64,000 nt of DNA from Neoconidiobolus thromboides FSU 785 (Eukaryota; Fungi; Entomophthoromycota). Positions 61,696-64,000 of this stretch are shown here, piece by piece. The DNA lies in NCBI GenBank assembly GCA_025603075.1, contig MU626302.1, positions 1 through 64,000 of the forward strand, written 5' to 3'. The number at the start of each line of letters is the position of its first letter. The first letter of the stretch is position 1. Under the pieces are notes generated by a model. The model worked only from the letters and a program-made list of their open reading frames with translations, was not told where the DNA came from and did not search any database. A program made the position numbers and the translations under genes.

Positions 61696-62524
61696 TTATT
61701 TTTAGAACTATAATATAATTTTAATGAATAAAAAGTTTGATGTTATTCTTCTTTTCATATACTATTTATACTATTCTCTTATCCTTCTATTTTTACACTC
61801 AGAGTCGGCTTAAAAGATGTTGATACGTAATTGGGAGAAAATTAATTGCAAGATTTCAATGTTATTATATACTTTGATCAGCAAGAGTAAATGCTCATTC
61901 AATTTGATTAGAATTAATGATGAAATTTCGTGTTTTTATGAAGTTATTTCAGAGCTAATTTTCGTCATTTTTTGGTATTTTTACTCATTTGAAATTCCCT
62001 TGTTTTTAATTATTAGTCAGTGTTAATACAATTATTTAGTTGTATTGATGAACTCTAGTTATAATTCTAGAATATGTATACTCCTGTATTTATTATTGCT
62101 ACTAAAATAAATTAAAACTTCAAATTTATTATTACTTTTGTTATATGAGTTTACTTAAATCTAAGGTTTAATTTTCTTCCGATTTTGATATTCTATGAAA
62201 ACTACTACCTTAGATATAAATAATAAAAATAGTCACTTTTTGCTGAATTTGAGGTACATCCATAATGTAATATTTTTAGTATTTAACGAATAATTTTTTT
62301 TCAAAGTTTATGCTAGATAGTGAACAAAATTATGAAATAAAATAATATTTTTTAAATAAATTTTGCAAAGTCCAGCCTAAATCATTTTATAAGATTTTAT
62401 TTTTAAATTTACTCACATTTAAAAGCTTCTTCATTACTTTTAATATACTTAATTTAGACTTGCAATTTTTTCTTTGCACAAAAGTTAACTCATCAAAAAA
62501 ATAGAATTCATTTTTGGCTTTAGA

Positions 62525-63519
62525 ATGTTGAGAAAATTGAATCTATTAAAACGAGTACAATTTCAACCACTTGTACAAAAGAGTTTACAAAATACAACTA
62601 GAAGTTTAACGACCAATTTAAGGCTCAGTTATAAAAATAATGATGATACCACCTCAATAGAACCTGAAGGTAAATAGTTATAAATTAATTTTGAATTCAA
62701 TGTTAAATCACGAATTTCAGTAATTGCGTTTCCCAATAGCAAGAGTTTTTCTTCTGAGAGTGGATGGAATAATTCATTTGAAGGGGTAGGCTCTAAACCG
62801 TTTGATAAAGAAATCAGTGATATACTTTTAAGTCCTATTGATACTAAAGATATTGAGATTAAACCAGGTAACTCTATTTAAAAATAGGTTTAAATTTCAA
62901 AATCTTAACCAAAATTGGTTATTTTTTATTTCGATTATCAAGACGGTCTCCTATACCTCCCAGAGATAAAATATCGTCGAATCTTAAATAGAGCTTTTGG
63001 ACCTGGAGGCAAGTCTATTTTAACATTTTTAAGTAAGCATCATTACTAACTCATCCTTTAGGTTGGGGTTTGGTACCTAGAGGGCCATCCACAGTGTCTA
63101 GTAAAAATATATCCAGAGAATATGCTTTGATTTGTTTAGGTCGATTTGTATCTCAAGCTCGTGGGGAACAAGCTTATTTTGATAAAGATGAATTAAGTAT
63201 GGCTGGTGAAGGTGCTAAATCTAACGCTTTAACTAGATGCTGTAAGGATATAGGAATTGCTTCTGAATTATGGTGAGTGTTTTTTTAAATTTGGTTTAAG
63301 AACAAGTCATAGATTGAACCTTATGATTTAATATATTTAAGTATACTAGAATATTAATAGAATTTATTAATTTTTAGGGACCCAGCATTTGTACGTAAAT
63401 TTAAAGAAGAAAATGCAGAGCAGGTTTGGGTAGAGCATGTATCAAGTAAAAAGAAGAGGATCTTATGGAGACTTAAAGGCGGTTTGATTGAGTATCCATT
63501 TAAAATTACTACTTATTAA
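62525..63519 (+). CDS. MGM101: Mitochondrial genome maintenance protein Mgm101, multi-exon
   Basis: [35 protein letters not shown]...ARGEQ...[21 protein letters not shown]. Confidence 0.95.
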
Positions 63520-64000
63520 AAGTTTTTAATTTATTTTTGGTTATATCTGAATTTATGTTAGTTTAAATAGAAGTTATGTTAATAATATCTTTTATAAGGG
63601 TTTTAGTAGGTAATATTATAATCCAAGCGTTTAGACTAAGTAATGCATAGTATCTAGCTTAAGTGTTTATTTAATCAAATAGATTAATATTTATTTAATA
63701 CTTTGAGTATTTTAATTCAATACTATTTATTTAAGCTATTAGTTTTAAATGTTGTTTTGGATTACAATAAAGTCAGTAATTTATTATATTCATAATACTT
63801 TAACAAAGATTTTATTTTTTTAAATTTACTTTCTCACAAAAAATGATATATGTTTTCGAAAAGAAGGTTCTCTCGTTTAACATGACGTTGATTAGTTTAA
63901 AAATAGATTTTTATTTTCTGCAATAAATTGGTAATTTAAATGAGTCTAGCTTATAGGCTTGAGTTTTGATTAAAATTCTCACGTTTAACAAAAGAAACAG

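Overview
Very AT-rich, intron-rich eukaryotic DNA. Introns are mostly ~40-60 nt GT-AG, with two GC-AG. The gene set (DASH Dad2, Mgm101, Erv14, Pho8, metazoan-like LAMTOR3, secreted tyrosinase) points to an early-diverging fungus; this is an inference and Zoopagomycota/Entomophthorales-like is only a guess. I can reconstruct 22 protein-coding genes, several missed or fragmented by the ORF track (LAMTOR3, G-protein gamma, CSN6, ERV14, LTO1, homeobox, MGM101), plus tRNA-Trp(CCA) and tRNA-Cys(GCA). The dominant non-genic structure is a ~90-101 bp MITE present 15 times, always intergenic. It has GRG...CYC termini, 4-bp AWWT target-site duplications (a Sola-like signature), an internal fold-back structure and at least three subfamilies. 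Other highlights: Spt5 carries a ~570-aa Trp-periodic low-complexity tail in place of canonical repeats (possible Argonaute-hook-like platform); Dad2 has a ~395-aa N-terminal extension; LTA4H has a 3-nt microexon; and two further fold-back elements occur. Gene coordinates span first to last coding base including introns, were read by eye and may be off by a few nt. MITE strand is arbitrary (+ = GGGGATGTATTTTTG end on the left).
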